Source: the human T2T-CHM13v2.0 reference genome, Homo sapiens
DNA: 64,000 bases
NCBI RefSeq assembly: GCF_009914755.1
Contig: NC_060941.1
Reading direction: 5' to 3' (one strand)
The notes below the pieces were generated by a model, which was given only the letters and a program-made list of their open reading frames with translations, was not told the DNA's origin and ran no database searches. This document shows, one piece after another, positions 1 through 23,794 of this stretch. The stretch's first letter is position 1, and every line of letters begins with the position of its first letter. The position numbers and the translations under genes are program-made.

Positions 1-312
1 GAGCAACATGGTGAGACCCCATCTCTACCAAATATATATATATGTTATATATATGTGATATATATAGATATATATGTTATATATATGTTATGTATATATG
101 TCATATATATATGTTTTATATATATATTAGCCGGGCATAGTGGCATGTGCCTGTAGTCACAGCTACTTGGGAGGCTGATGTGGAAAGATCACTTGAGCCT
201 GGAGGGGCAGAGGTTGCAGTGAGCCGAGGTTGTGTCACTGCATTCCAGCCTGAGCGACAGAGCGAGACCCTGTTTCAAAAAAAAAAAAAAAAGAAGAAAT
301 AAAAATAAAATA
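1..312 (+). mobile_element. Alu (cut by window edge) with (TA)n-type expansion in the middle linker
   Basis: Left-arm end, TA/TG array 32-127, right arm, A tail. Confidence 0.92.
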
Positions 313-343
313 AAAGTTCTGTCTTTTCCATATTGATTCCTAA

Positions 344-529
<186 letters not shown>

Positions 530-542
530 ATTCCTAGGAGGT

Positions 543-1569
543 CTGTATATTCTGAATGCTAACCCTTTATCTGTTGTGTATGCTGTCACCATTGCCACCT
601 AGGCTGCTCCTTGTCTCTTAACTTTCTTTGTAATATCATTTTCATAGCAGAGGGCTTTTGGGGGGTAATGTAATAAAAATCGGCTGATCTTTTTTGAGTG
701 TGTCTCTTGTCTAAGAAATGCTTTCCTACCCTTAGGTCTCCTACATTTTCTCCTAATTATTTTAAAGTTTTGTTTTTCACTTTTAGGTCTTTAATCCATC
801 TGGAATTCATATTTATGGATGGTGTGAAGATTTTTCATAGGAAAAGCCAATTGTCACAACACATTTTACTGAAGTCTATTCTTTCTCACTGAGTTGCAGT
901 GCCGCCACTATCATAAATCACATTCCCACATATACTTGGATCTGTTTCTGGGCACTCTATTCTATTGATTCCTTTGTCTAGCCCGGCACCGATACCACAT
1001 TGTTTTAATTACTATCGCTTTCAAAAAAGTCTTGGTATTTGTTAGGGCCAGGTCTCTTTCCTTATTCTTTTTCAGAACTGTCTACTTTTTTCTTGGGTCT
1101 TTGCTCTTCTCTATGAATTTTAGAATCAGTTTGCCTAGCCCTGTGAAAAATCCTGTTGGAATATTTATTGGACCTGCAATGAATCAACAGATTAACGTGG
1201 AGAGAATCGTCTTCATAACATGGAGGCATCTCATACTTAACCTAATACTTCTCTATGGCTCTCCATTTATTACTATTGTAGCCTATGTTTTACTTCCTAA
1301 ATATCTTGCAATGTGTTTTGTAATTTTTTTCTGGGTTTTGTACAATTTTAATTTTATTGTGAATGATTTCTTTTTGAAAGATACTACAATTTCTAATAAA
1401 CTATTGCTAGTGCGTAGAAACACTGCTGAATTTTATATGGTTTTTTGTATTTGGATGTTGACATTTGTCCAGCATGACTTCACTTAATCACTCTAATAAT
1501 ATGCCCGTAGAATCTCTTGATTTTCCATATAAATAATCATGCTGTCTACAGATGTCAGAGACTTTTGCC
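543..1569 (-). mobile_element. Ancient L1 (L1M-type) ORF2 fragment
   Basis: T-rich; L1 antisense motifs such as tttaggtctttaatccatctgga, taccacattgttttaattacta, atgaattttagaatcagtttg. Confidence 0.8.
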
Positions 1570-1583
1570 TCTTATTTTCCTAA

Positions 1584-1882
<299 letters not shown>

Positions 1883-2449
1883 TCTTATTTTCCTAATCCT
1901 TCTATCAGTGAATGGTGGCTTCTAAATCTGACCTTTTCCAGCTCTTGGGCTGTGCCTGTGGGCTGGCCCTGGGCAGCTATTACCTTGCACTGTCAGTTAT
2001 AAATAAATAAAACACCCTTACTTTCTCCAGAGCTTTACAGTTTGCAAAGCGCTTTCGCTTCCATTATCTCATTGATCCTTCTTACCCCCACTTGATGGAA
2101 TGGGAGTGTCTGGGTGGAAACGGTCCAGGGCTCCGTGTCCAGAGATCCAGCTGTGCAGCCATAGTGCCGAGGCACCTCGGACAGTCCCTCCTCTTCTCTC
2201 TTACTCCTGTAATCTAACGTTTGGCCGGGAATGGTCCCTGGCATTCCAACTCATGTGTGATGGATTTGGGCGGTCAGAGGCTCACGGAACGCTTTGAGGG
2301 CTGAAATCCACCGATAAAAAGGCGGGGGATTCTGGGTACATTTAGGTCTCCAGGCTGGTATCCCAAAATGTCTGGGGGGATATGGAAATGTCCTTGGAAG
2401 TCGGAGGCTTGATACAGATGGTGGGATGGGTGGAGGTGGGATGGGGAAG

Positions 2450-3260
2450 AGATCATTATGTCCAGCCCCCTGCCTCCGTGCGGCTTCTCCTCCCCCTGTA
2501 GATTAGAGCGTTTTCTGGGTCGGGAAGGGGAGGACGAGATGGAGCTCGTGGCCTTGGGTTCCCTCCTGCGTCGCCCCCTGTAACTGCGTCCCCCAGCACG
2601 CACTGCTGACGCGCATCCCCAGCCCGGGGCGGCGCGCTCCGCAGGCATCCCGCCCCCGACTCCCGCTCCGTCCCAACATCGCGCAGGCGCAAGACCGGGC
2701 TGGCGCCAGCGAACGCGCCCTCTCGTGGCGGACTGGCCAGGTCGCAGTCTTTGTTGTTGCGCTGGAGGCGGCGTACGGGACAGGGGAGAAAGATGTGGGT
2801 GGAGTCTGGGAGGCAGATGCGAGAATCAGATCACAATGACGAGAAGCCCTTTCCTTTGTCCCTCACGGCAACGTATAGATGCAGATAAAGAAAACACGGC
2901 CTCAGACCTCAAGAGACTTAGAGACAGGTGCACAGAAACTGAAGCTGAATGAGACACACTGGACAGCAGTCATTCGTTCATTCAGCAAACATTCACTGGG
3001 ATGGGGAGATACAGGGACAAAGGACCAGAGGGCTTACATTTAGGCACTGGTGGGCAGAGACGGGGCAGAAAGCTGGAGAGACGGATGCGGATGTCAAAAA
3101 GGCCAGGACAGAGAAGCGACTAGCTCAGGACAGGGCTGGGCCGCAGGAGTGAGGCGGAGGCCGGGGAAGTACCGGCGGAGCCTAGGGCACGGCAAGGGCA
3201 CCAGCTGTGCGAGGTGGGGTACGAGCCCCGACCCCTCCAGCTCTCCTGACCGACGCCCCA
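2450..3260. promoter_or_regulatory. CpG island with NRF1-like and GC-box motifs
   Basis: CpG-dense; CGCGCAGGCGCA at 2680-2691, CCCGCCCC at 2649-2656. Confidence 0.7.
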
Positions 3261-3909
3261 ACTGGGGATGACAAAACGGAGAGCTAAAGATAGGCAATGT
3301 GAGCACCAGAAGGGACCCTAGTTGCAATGGACTGAAGCAGTCAGATAGGTGTAAACCATGTATCATCATTCTACTACTACCAAAGAAGCTCGGACTGGCC
3401 AGAGTTTGGAGGATGCTAGGGAAACAGCTCTTTATTCAGAAACTGTTTAATACAGGAAGAGTCCAGCGTTTCTCCCGTCTTCCTTTTACGAACTTTCCCA
3501 CTCAGTAACCAAATCGCAAGGGGCAGTTTCTGTCTATAATTATTCCAGCTAATAAAGGAAGGGGTGATCAGAGTGATCAAATCTGAATATCACTATTCTG
3601 CACACACAAAAAAAATAAAACGCTAATGGCGGAGGCAAGACACTACTAAGACCACAGAAACGCATGATGTGCCTTCAAATGGAAGAACACTGTCACCACC
3701 TATGAAGTGGTCTCAACGAAGGAAATTGAACATAAACCTTATAAGGCCTCTAGATCCAACTACAAATTACAGTAACAATGTACAGGAAATACAACGTACA
3801 GGAAGTATGGAGGTGGGAGGAACATGTTAAAGATCACCATAGAGATGCAATCAGCAAAATCCAGAGGGCAAAAAACTACAGAAGAAATTTTCTGGCTCCT
3901 TCAAGGAAC

Positions 3910-4175
3910 GAGAAAGAGAAGGGAGGGAGGGAGGGAAGGAAGGAAGGAAGGAAGGAAGGAAGGAAGGAGAGGGAGGGAGGGAAGGAAGGAAGAAAGGAGG
4001 GAGGGAGGGAAGGAAGGAAGAAAGGAGGGAGGGAGGGAGAGAAGGAAGAAGAAGGAGGGAGGGAGGGAGAGAAGGAAGAAGAAGGAGGGAGGGAGGGAAG
4101 GAAGGAAGGAGGGAGGAAAGGAAGGAAAGTATGAAGGAAGGAAGGAAGGGAGGAAGGAAAAAAGAGAGAGAAAGG
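3910..4175 (+). repeat. (GGAA/GGGA)n polypurine microsatellite complex
   Basis: About 265 nt nearly pure A/G; 8 consecutive GGAA at 3934-3965. Confidence 0.95.
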
Positions 4176-4208
4176 ATGTATGGGAACCTATAGATTTGAA
4201 GAAATTTA

Positions 4209-4474
<266 letters not shown>

Positions 4475-5739
4475 GCCCTATAAATCATCAATCAGTTGCA
4501 ATGTGTGTATCTTCTTTGTATCTTGAGTCAAACAAATACACTGTAAAAATATGTATGTTTATGAGAAATTGGTAATTTGAACACTAGAAGTTTGATATTA
4601 AGGAATTTTATTGATGATGTTAATAGCTGAACGTGTTATGTGATTATGTTAAAAAGAGTCATTATCATTTAAAGATACACACTGAAATATTGATGGATGA
4701 AATTAATCAGGAGGGGTACAGATGAAACTAGACTGGCCATGAGTTGATAATTGTTGAAGCCAGGTGACAGATACACGGGGGCTTATTATAGTATGCTGCA
4801 AATTTTTCAAACTAAGAAGTTTAAAGACCCTGTGACCTCCCTTCCCACCCCTAGGCCCAATAGACAGAAGGTGCTGTGTGTTACAAGCAGCAGGTTGCAA
4901 TCCAGACAGCTCTGAGTGGGAAGGTCCTCTGATGGCTGAGGGGCCTGAGAAGGGTTTCTGGGGACTTTCTGGCTTGTGGGACAGTCCCTGGCTCCCTTGA
5001 ATTGGGCAGGGAGGATCTGATGGGGAAGTAGCTGCAGCTTTTCATTAAGGAAGGCTGGCCTCTGTGGGCCTGGTGACACTGGGGCCAGGCACTGCTACCT
5101 TAAGACAGCTGAGTGGGTGGCTCCAAAAATAGCCAGGGGGACGGCAGGGGGCGGGGAGTCACATGGAGAAGCTCAGGGGTGAGGCTGGGCAGGTGCCCAG
5201 GGGGTTGGCACTTCTGCCTGCTCCCCCAGAACCCTTGGGCTCTTCCTCTGCCTCCAGAACCTTTCTTCCTCCCTCCCTCTGTCTCTGAGAAGACAGAGAG
5301 ATGGCCAGGTGATGCTGGGACAAATACTGCCTTGCCTGAGGGGACGCTGACTCTGGAATTTGGTGGCTCTCCAGGGATGAGCGGGTCAGTCAGGTGGAGA
5401 GAGAGAGAGGAAGGGACAAGGACTGCGTAACCTGCCTACCAGTCACCCCATCTGCAGGCCAACACCTGTGCCCTTAGGCTGGACCCAAGTGATCCTTGCC
5501 TGGGGTATTTTGTTGTCCTTTTGAGGCCCTGGAGGAGAGGTCACACAGGCACCAAGGATTTGGGAACCCTGGCAGCCATAGGTCCCCGCCCCCTTCTCAG
5601 GGCACCTGGGGAGAGTGCCCCTGTGCCTGCCCTAAGTGAGAGACCTGGGGAGAGGACACCGCGCCCCATCGCCCCTGGACTGAGATCCTTTGGCAGAGGC
5701 AAGAAGGAAGGGGAAGCAGGGCCGGGCAAGTACATCAGC

Positions 5740-6200
5740 AGCACAGTCATCGACTGAGCCAGGCACTGGGCTAAGCCGTCCACATGCATTCTACTCATCA
5801 GCAATGTGGCCTTGGGGAAGGTATACACCCCTGTGCCTCAGTTTTATCATCTGTTAAATGGGCACAGTAATAATACCTGCCTCATGGAACTGCTGAGGAG
5901 ATGGAATGAGGTAATATAGGTAGATATATGTAAGATTCTCAGCACAGTAGCTGGCAGCGCTAGCTGGTATTACCCACTGGCAGGTGACCTCCATGTGGGC
6001 AGAGGTTTGCTTATCTTTGCAATTTCAATGTCTGATACATAGCAGGTGTTTCATAAATATGCGCTGCATTCATTACTTTGTGGAGTCCTCACAATGATGC
6101 CAAGAGGCAAGCACTATTCTTGCCAGTTTATAGTTGTGGAAATGGGCTAGAGGGCAAATGGTGCACTCAAGGCCTCATCCCCAGCAAGTGGCCAAGGTGG
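5740..6200. mobile_element. MIR fragments
   Basis: MIR core ctgtgcctcagttttatcatctgttaaatggg plus an opposite-orientation copy. Confidence 0.7.
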
Positions 6201-6399
6201 CCCACCTCCAGGCCTCCAAGTCTATGCGCCGAATGAACCCTGACTCCATGGGCCAGAGAGGGTGCCTCCTCCGCTCACCTGTCTCTAGCTGGCTGGTCCT
6301 GTCCAGGGCTTGCTAGACCTCCACGCTGAAGTGCTTGGACTGGGGATAAAGGCTGGGTGGATGGCACCTACGTTTGCTGTTAAGGAAGCTGCCGCCAGC

Positions 6400-6900
6400 C
6401 AGCTACACCTACTAGTTACCAGGCCCTGTGCCAGGCCCAAGGATACAAACGTGACAAGATCCTAGTCTTCGAGGAGCTTGGAGCAGTCTGTGTGATTGTG
6501 TTGTGCCCAGGAAAGCACGCAGGGGCTAAGGGGACACCCAGCTTGGCCTAGCAGAAGAAGGGAGGTCAGAAAGGCTTCAGAGAGGAGAGGACATCTGTGC
6601 AGAGTCTGGAAAGGTGACTGGAAGGTTGCTGCTTGAATGAAGGTGGGAAGGGAACTGCAGGCAGAGGCAATAGCCTGGACGACGGCTTGGAGACTTGAGA
6701 GAGTCTGCCAAGCTAGGCAGGAGCGGAGTGAGGCTGAGCAGGGGCCTGGGGTTGGAAGGGTAGGGGCAGAGGATGGGATTCTAGACCAGCTGACCAGGTT
6801 CAGGACAGGCCAGAAAGCCACCAACTGGGGATGAGCTGGGAACTCAGGGGCCATGAGAACCATTAGAGTTTTAAGGGAGGATGGAGGTGGCCTGGTTGGT
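6400..6900 (-). mobile_element. L2 fragment immediately upstream of the SGCA promoter
   Basis: ccaggccctgtgccaggc..gatacaaacgtgacaaga and gtcagaaaggcttcagagagg resemble antisense L2 3' end. Confidence 0.6.
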
Positions 6901-7108
6901 GGTTTAAAAAACACTGTGGCCACTGGAGGGGACGGTTGGAGGGACAATGAGTGCGAGGAGGGTGTCTATCCCAGATTTGGTGCATGCTCCAGGCGGGGAG
7001 GGGAGGCTGACGCTGGGACCCAGCTGCCCCGAGCCACCTCCCTCCTTCCCTCCTCTCCTCCCTGCCCCCTGTCTCTGTCACTCACCGGGCGGGCCAGGCC
7101 GGGCAGCC

Positions 7109-16494
<9,386 letters not shown>

Positions 16495-16933
16495 CAGCCT
16501 AGCCAGGTAGGTCTGGTGGGTGATGCCAGCCTTATTTCTGGGAACAAGATGGCCTTTATCACAAGGCTGGGGCAAATGGTGGGGTCTGGGAGAGGTCAGG
16601 GGAAGAGGCACATAGACTTGTCTGCCCCTCTGAGGCCGCTGCTGGGGGTCCTCACCAGTGCCAGGGCTATGACCCCAATGCCAAGCACTCGCAGTTGGAG
16701 TGTCAGGGTGGGGAAGTCAGGAGAACCAGCATCTGGCCCTCTCAGCCCTCCACTCTCTCTTCCCACAGTGGTTCCAGGTCCAGCCCTGACTTCATCCTCC
16801 CTTCTCTGTCCACACCACGAGTGGCACATCCCACCTGCTGATTCCAGCTCCTGGCCCTCCTGGAACCCAGGCTCTAAACAAGCAGGGAGAGGGGGTGGGG
16901 TGGGGTGAGAGTGTGTGGAGTGAGGACATTCAG

Positions 16934-16939
16934 AATAAA
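16934..16939 (+). terminator. SGCA: SGCA polyadenylation signal AATAAA in exon 10
   Basis: cagAATAAAt about 165 nt into the last exon (acceptor cccacag at 16762-16768), followed by GU/U-rich sequence. Confidence 0.9.
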
Positions 16940-17357
16940 TATCTGCTGCTCTGCTCACCAATTGCTGCTGGCAGCCTCTCCCGTCCTCACTGGCTCTGTT
17001 TCCCTTTGTGCTTTCTGGGAGGCCCCATAGGCAGCCAGTGCCTGCCGGCCTGCCCTTTGGACTCTTGGCATTTTGCTGTTTTCTCAAATTCTCTGGAAGA
17101 AAGAGGGAAGGACCTGCTATCTGTAGCCCTCCCACGAACCTGGTAGTGAGGTATGCCTGGATCACTATCCCCATTTCACAGACAAGGAAACAGAGACCAA
17201 GGGAGAGTCAGTGACTTACCCAAGGCTACAGAACAAGCAAGTGGCAAAGCTTGAATTTGACCCTGGCACTTCTGCCTCCACCCTGCCTTCTACAGGGTTG
17301 AGGGGTTCTGGAAGCAGGAAATCCAGACCCTTACCTGTAGATTTCTTTGGCACCTCA

Positions 17358-17789
<432 letters not shown>

Positions 17790-18504
17790 CTACCCCCCGC
17801 CTTGCTGAGCTCCTCCAGAGATGGGCAGGGGTGCAGAGGACACAGCACAGCCTGGGACCCTTGTTGGACTGAGTGGTGCTAGCACAGCTTGACCCCACAC
17901 GAGCTCAGAAGAGCTCAGCTGGCCATGAGAAGGCCTGAGCTTGTTTTTCCCAGGTGGACACAACCAAATGGGGCCGATTCTGCCCCGATCACTGCCATCT
18001 GGCCATGTCCAGGCTCATATACTCCCACTCCCACGTGAGGACAGGCCAGGGACTCAGCCCGAGAGGGGCCCGGCTAAAAGAGGGATAGCTGGCAAGGCCC
18101 TCCCCTAGTGGCAACTCCGAGAGAACACAGACAAGGGCTGGCATCACCACTCCAGCCTCCTTCTCCTTTTCCTCTGCTGGGAGGCCCTGGCTCCCACATC
18201 CACACAACTAGCCCCTCACTGCAGGTTCTGTCTTTGCCCAAAGGGCACCTCCTCAGAGAGGCCTTCCCTGTCCCCGCTGTGGTCCCACTGCGGTCCCACT
18301 GCCTGCCCTGCGAGGCCTTCCTGCTCTCTGAGAGGATTCGCGCTGTCTCGGCTCACATATTCCGAGTCCTCTTCCGCACTAGAACATACGATTCTTTCAG
18401 CCTGCAGCAGGTGCAGTGCCTGCACACAGTGAGTGCTCAGGAAGGATGTTCTGAAGGAAGGCATGAAGGGATACCATGTGTCTGGGTTTGCTCAGCGTTC
18501 TTTC

Positions 18505-18615
18505 TTTTAGAGCCAGCGTCTCACTACATTGCCCACGCTGGTCCCGAACTCCTGGCCTCAAGTGGTCCTCTTGCCTCAGCCTCCTGAGTAGCTGGGATGA
18601 CCGCTGTGAGCTACC
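18505..18615 (-). mobile_element. Alu monomer (FLAM-like)
   Basis: gtctcactacattgcccacgctggtcccgaactcctggcctcaagtg. Confidence 0.8.
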
Positions 18616-19997
18616 GTTCCTGTGCTCAGTGTTCTTAAGGAGGTTGCTCCCCTTCTCAGGGCACAGGGGTTGAGCAAGGCCATGGCTAAAGCTTCTTCCA
18701 TTATCTCCTGAGCCTCCCTGTACCCATTAGTTAGTCAATCAACTCATCAAACACTGGTTTCGTGAGCATCTGCTGAGGCAGGCTGAGGTGTAGTGTACGT
18801 GCTTAATAATTGCCTGTTGAATGACTAGCTCTTTAGGTGCCCACGCCATAACCAAACGGGTTCTTTGACTAGCGGGTGCCTCTGGCTTCTCCTTGGCTAT
18901 TTCTTTCTTTCTCCTGAAGGAAACCAGGAGTTGCGCAGACCGGAGGCTCCAGCAGCCAGCCTGCTGCCTGGGGTGGCTCCTTGATCCCTGCTCCCTTGAG
19001 GAGGAGGCTGCCCACCCCTCATCTCTGGGCTCGCCCCCTGCAGCCAGGCAGCTCTTGGGCCTCCTGTGCTCTTCCTGTGCTGGCCAGGGCTGGGAGAGTG
19101 CAAGGCCAGCTCCTCACTTCCCGGCTTTGCCTTGGGGTCTTGGCAGCGCCTTTCTCTCTGCTCAGCTCCAAAGAGCACACGGGAGCCTGGCTGCCGGCCT
19201 GAGAGGAAGCGGCCCAGACAAGTAGCTGGGAGGATGGCGTGCCTGCAGAAGACGCTGAGCCCTGCCTGGGCACACACGTCCAGAGGCCCCCGGCAGCATG
19301 CCGGGAGGGCACAGACATACTTAGCGCCTCCCCACTGGGCAACAGCCCCTCCCTGGCGTGCAAGATTCCAGCCAGCAGTCAAGCTCCACCCCCCACAGCC
19401 CAGGACAAAGAAGGGCAGCCGCCCCCGCCGCCACCTCCACCGGGAGACTTGGCCCAGCTGCACACTCTGCTCCACCCCTGTCTCCTCCAGTCCCATGATG
19501 GCATTGCCCCTGTTACCCAGTGGGTGGCCTCCACCTTCCTTCTAAACACAGCACCCACACGTGGCCTGACGCTCAGACATTCCCTCACCACCTCTCTATC
19601 AGCCAGACCTGGTGACTCAAGGCGCCACCTAGGGCCGGCCTCAGCCCCCTGCTGCACGCTGCCCCGGAGCAGGACTGGAATCATGATCCTGCCACACAAC
19701 AGCTGGCTCAGCCAGCTGAGGGTTAGTTTACTCATAAGATGATCATCATAACCGCCTTGGGGCTGTTGTGAGAATTTGTGGGAACTGGACACTCTGGCAG
19801 CTCCCAAGGATGGACACATTATTGCATGCAAGCACACACAATCCCACAAGGCCAGAGGTCCCTGGGGTCTCCCTGGCCCCTAAGATTCAGGCTAAATGAA
19901 CTCCATTTCCACCTGCACCTTGTAAAAAGTTCAATCTCTCCCTGTGAATTGGGAGTGGAAGCCTAAATTTGTATGATCTTTGGTACGGAACTGCTGC

Positions 19998-21050
<1,053 letters not shown>

Positions 21051-22579
21051 TAGTCCCCATCATGGTTCTCTGTCCCTTCTCATTCAGTACCCCCTTCCCA
21101 GTTCCTCCCACTGTCTTTTGCAGAGAAAATCCCACTTTCTCCAGCATTAGCATGTGCCAAACTCACCTCCCTCCTGGCCTTGCCTTGCACATCCTCTGCA
21201 AAGGGTTGAAATCTCTGCATGGGGAGGGCCTGCCACCCTCCTGGACAAGACCCCTCCTGCTTCCAGGATCTTGCCTCCCTGACTGTGGACATGCCCTCGG
21301 CCTGACTTGATACCCTCTGGAGCGCACACAGGGGAAGGGGACAGGGAGACTCAGCCTTCCCAGCACCAGGGCTCCCACTGGCTGGGGGACTTCAGGAGAG
21401 TGGTCTCCTCCCACACCGAGCCCCCACTAATTTTTCCCACACTCCTCTCTGCTCCCCCGCCCCATTCATCCATATCACACAGACAGACCCTCCTATGCCC
21501 TCTGTCATGCCTATGTACACATATGTCCCAAATGCCACAGTCCATGTGTTCTCACAGTTCACACAGGGTTGCTTTCACTGCCATACGTGTGGGGAAGCTG
21601 CCCTCATCATGCACAGATGCCCGCCCACCCCAACCCACACACATACATGTGTATAGGCCCCTGTGAACACAGATACATTTATTTGTGCACAGGTAGGTGG
21701 GCACAGACAGTGAGACACATTCTCATCACCAGGCACCCCCAGGAGACAGAGACCCCTTGGTGGCACTCACCTTGCTCCCTCAGACGCCATCGCAGGCCTC
21801 CTCGTGTGGACGCTGGGCTTGACGGCAGCCTCGCATTCTCTCCCACGCGGCCCACGCTCACGCCTGCTCCACACACAGTCTCCTCACCCCAGCCGGCAAG
21901 CTTTCTTGCAACCCCTCTCCTCCTCCACCCACCCAGCTCTGTCATTGGAGAAAGTCTGGGAAGCTGAGAGTTAAGGTGCTGGGGAAAAAAAAAAAAAAGG
22001 AGGGAAAATCTACTGTATTCTGGTGATAGAAAATCCTGCCAGGAGATGGGGCTTAGGTCCCAAAAGGGACCCAGGATTCTGAGATTGCAGCAGAAATTAA
22101 AAATCCAAATGAAGCCTCCTCCCTTTCTAGAATTTTCCATCTGGGCTTGACTGAAAAATCAGCCAAAAATCAGGAGCCTGGTCCTTCTCACAGAGAAGAC
22201 AAAGGTGAGTCTGACAGAGCGGCAGGCTCTGTGACACCCTGCAGGAGATAGTGAGGGTCTCGGGGAGCGGGTCTGGGTGGCTGTATTTAGGGCGGCTGTG
22301 ATGTCAGCGGAAAGGAGGGTTTGAGTTGGGAATGTGGCACAATGGCCCCTTTGTCCCCCTCCCCTCCTGTCCTGTACACACTGAAACCACACACCGGCCC
22401 CACACCACGTGATGCAGGCTCAGAGCTGCCCATGGGGCACTGCCACACAAGGCTGCCCCCGCTGCAGCCCTGACCCACAGTGCGTGTGTCCACATACATG
22501 CCCACGCGTGTGCACACACACCCACGTACCCACATGTAGATTTGTACAGAGGTGACAAGAGGCATATTCACTCCTTTGC

Positions 22580-22750
22580 CTACAGCTCTGCTGCCCCGTA
22601 TGGTAACCCTTATCCCACATATAGTTAGTAAAACTAATTGCAATTCAGTAAAAGTGGAAACTGCATTCCTCAGTCACACTAACTGCATCTCACATGCTCA
22701 ACAGCTGCATGTGGTTAGCGGCTACCGCACTGGGCGGTGCAGCTCTAGGA
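22580..22750. mobile_element. MER3-like hAT element
   Basis: cctcagtcacactaactgcatctcacatgctcaacagctgcatgtggttagcggctacc. Confidence 0.65.
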
Positions 22751-23449
22751 CATGTCTGTTGCTGCAGAAAGCCCTGCCCTGCGCCCTCCGTTGCTGTCTG
22801 CTCCCCCATGGGCCTTCCACTTGCTCTTCCTCTCACACTCGCTCACTCCTGTGCACCAAGCACACACAGCGCCATGCTCTCACCTAATGGGTGGCCTCTC
22901 TAGCTCAGTCTCTCTCTCTTTAGTCTCCCCAGTACCTAAGCACAGACTCTGCCTAGCCCTGCATTGCAACACCTGGCCTCTAGTCTGGAGAGAATAACAG
23001 GATGGAAACATGACCACATCCACAATCCTAGGATGAAGGACCGAGGGGAGCTATGTGGATCTGGAGAGCTTTGGAAACTCAGAGGGGCTGAGCTCAGGCT
23101 GGGTTGGGCAAGGGAATGGGAAGAGAATGAGACATTTGAGCATGGCCCGGACAGTAGGGTGTTGAGCATGCAGAGAGAAAGGACATCTAGAAGGCCTGGA
23201 AGTGGGGAAATGCAGTGCATTTGTGAGAACTGTTGGCCACCCTTTTTGGTTGGTGTGACAGATGTGGGCAGGGGAGGGGACAGTGAGCCTGGGCAGGTGG
23301 GTAGTGGCCAGGTAGAGCCTTGGATGCCAGGCTCAGGATGTCCCTGGGTCCCCCACGAGGGCAGATGGGGATGTGGCCTGGACAGCCAGGGTCCTAAAGT
23401 CCCAGAGGTCCAAGTGGACAGGGTTTCCTGGGCAGCATGGCAGGCATCA

Positions 23450-23794
<345 letters not shown>

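Noticed and set aside
1032-1487. Hydrophobic 151-aa ORF resembling a membrane protein
   Set aside because: T-rich antisense strand of an old L1; non-ATG start
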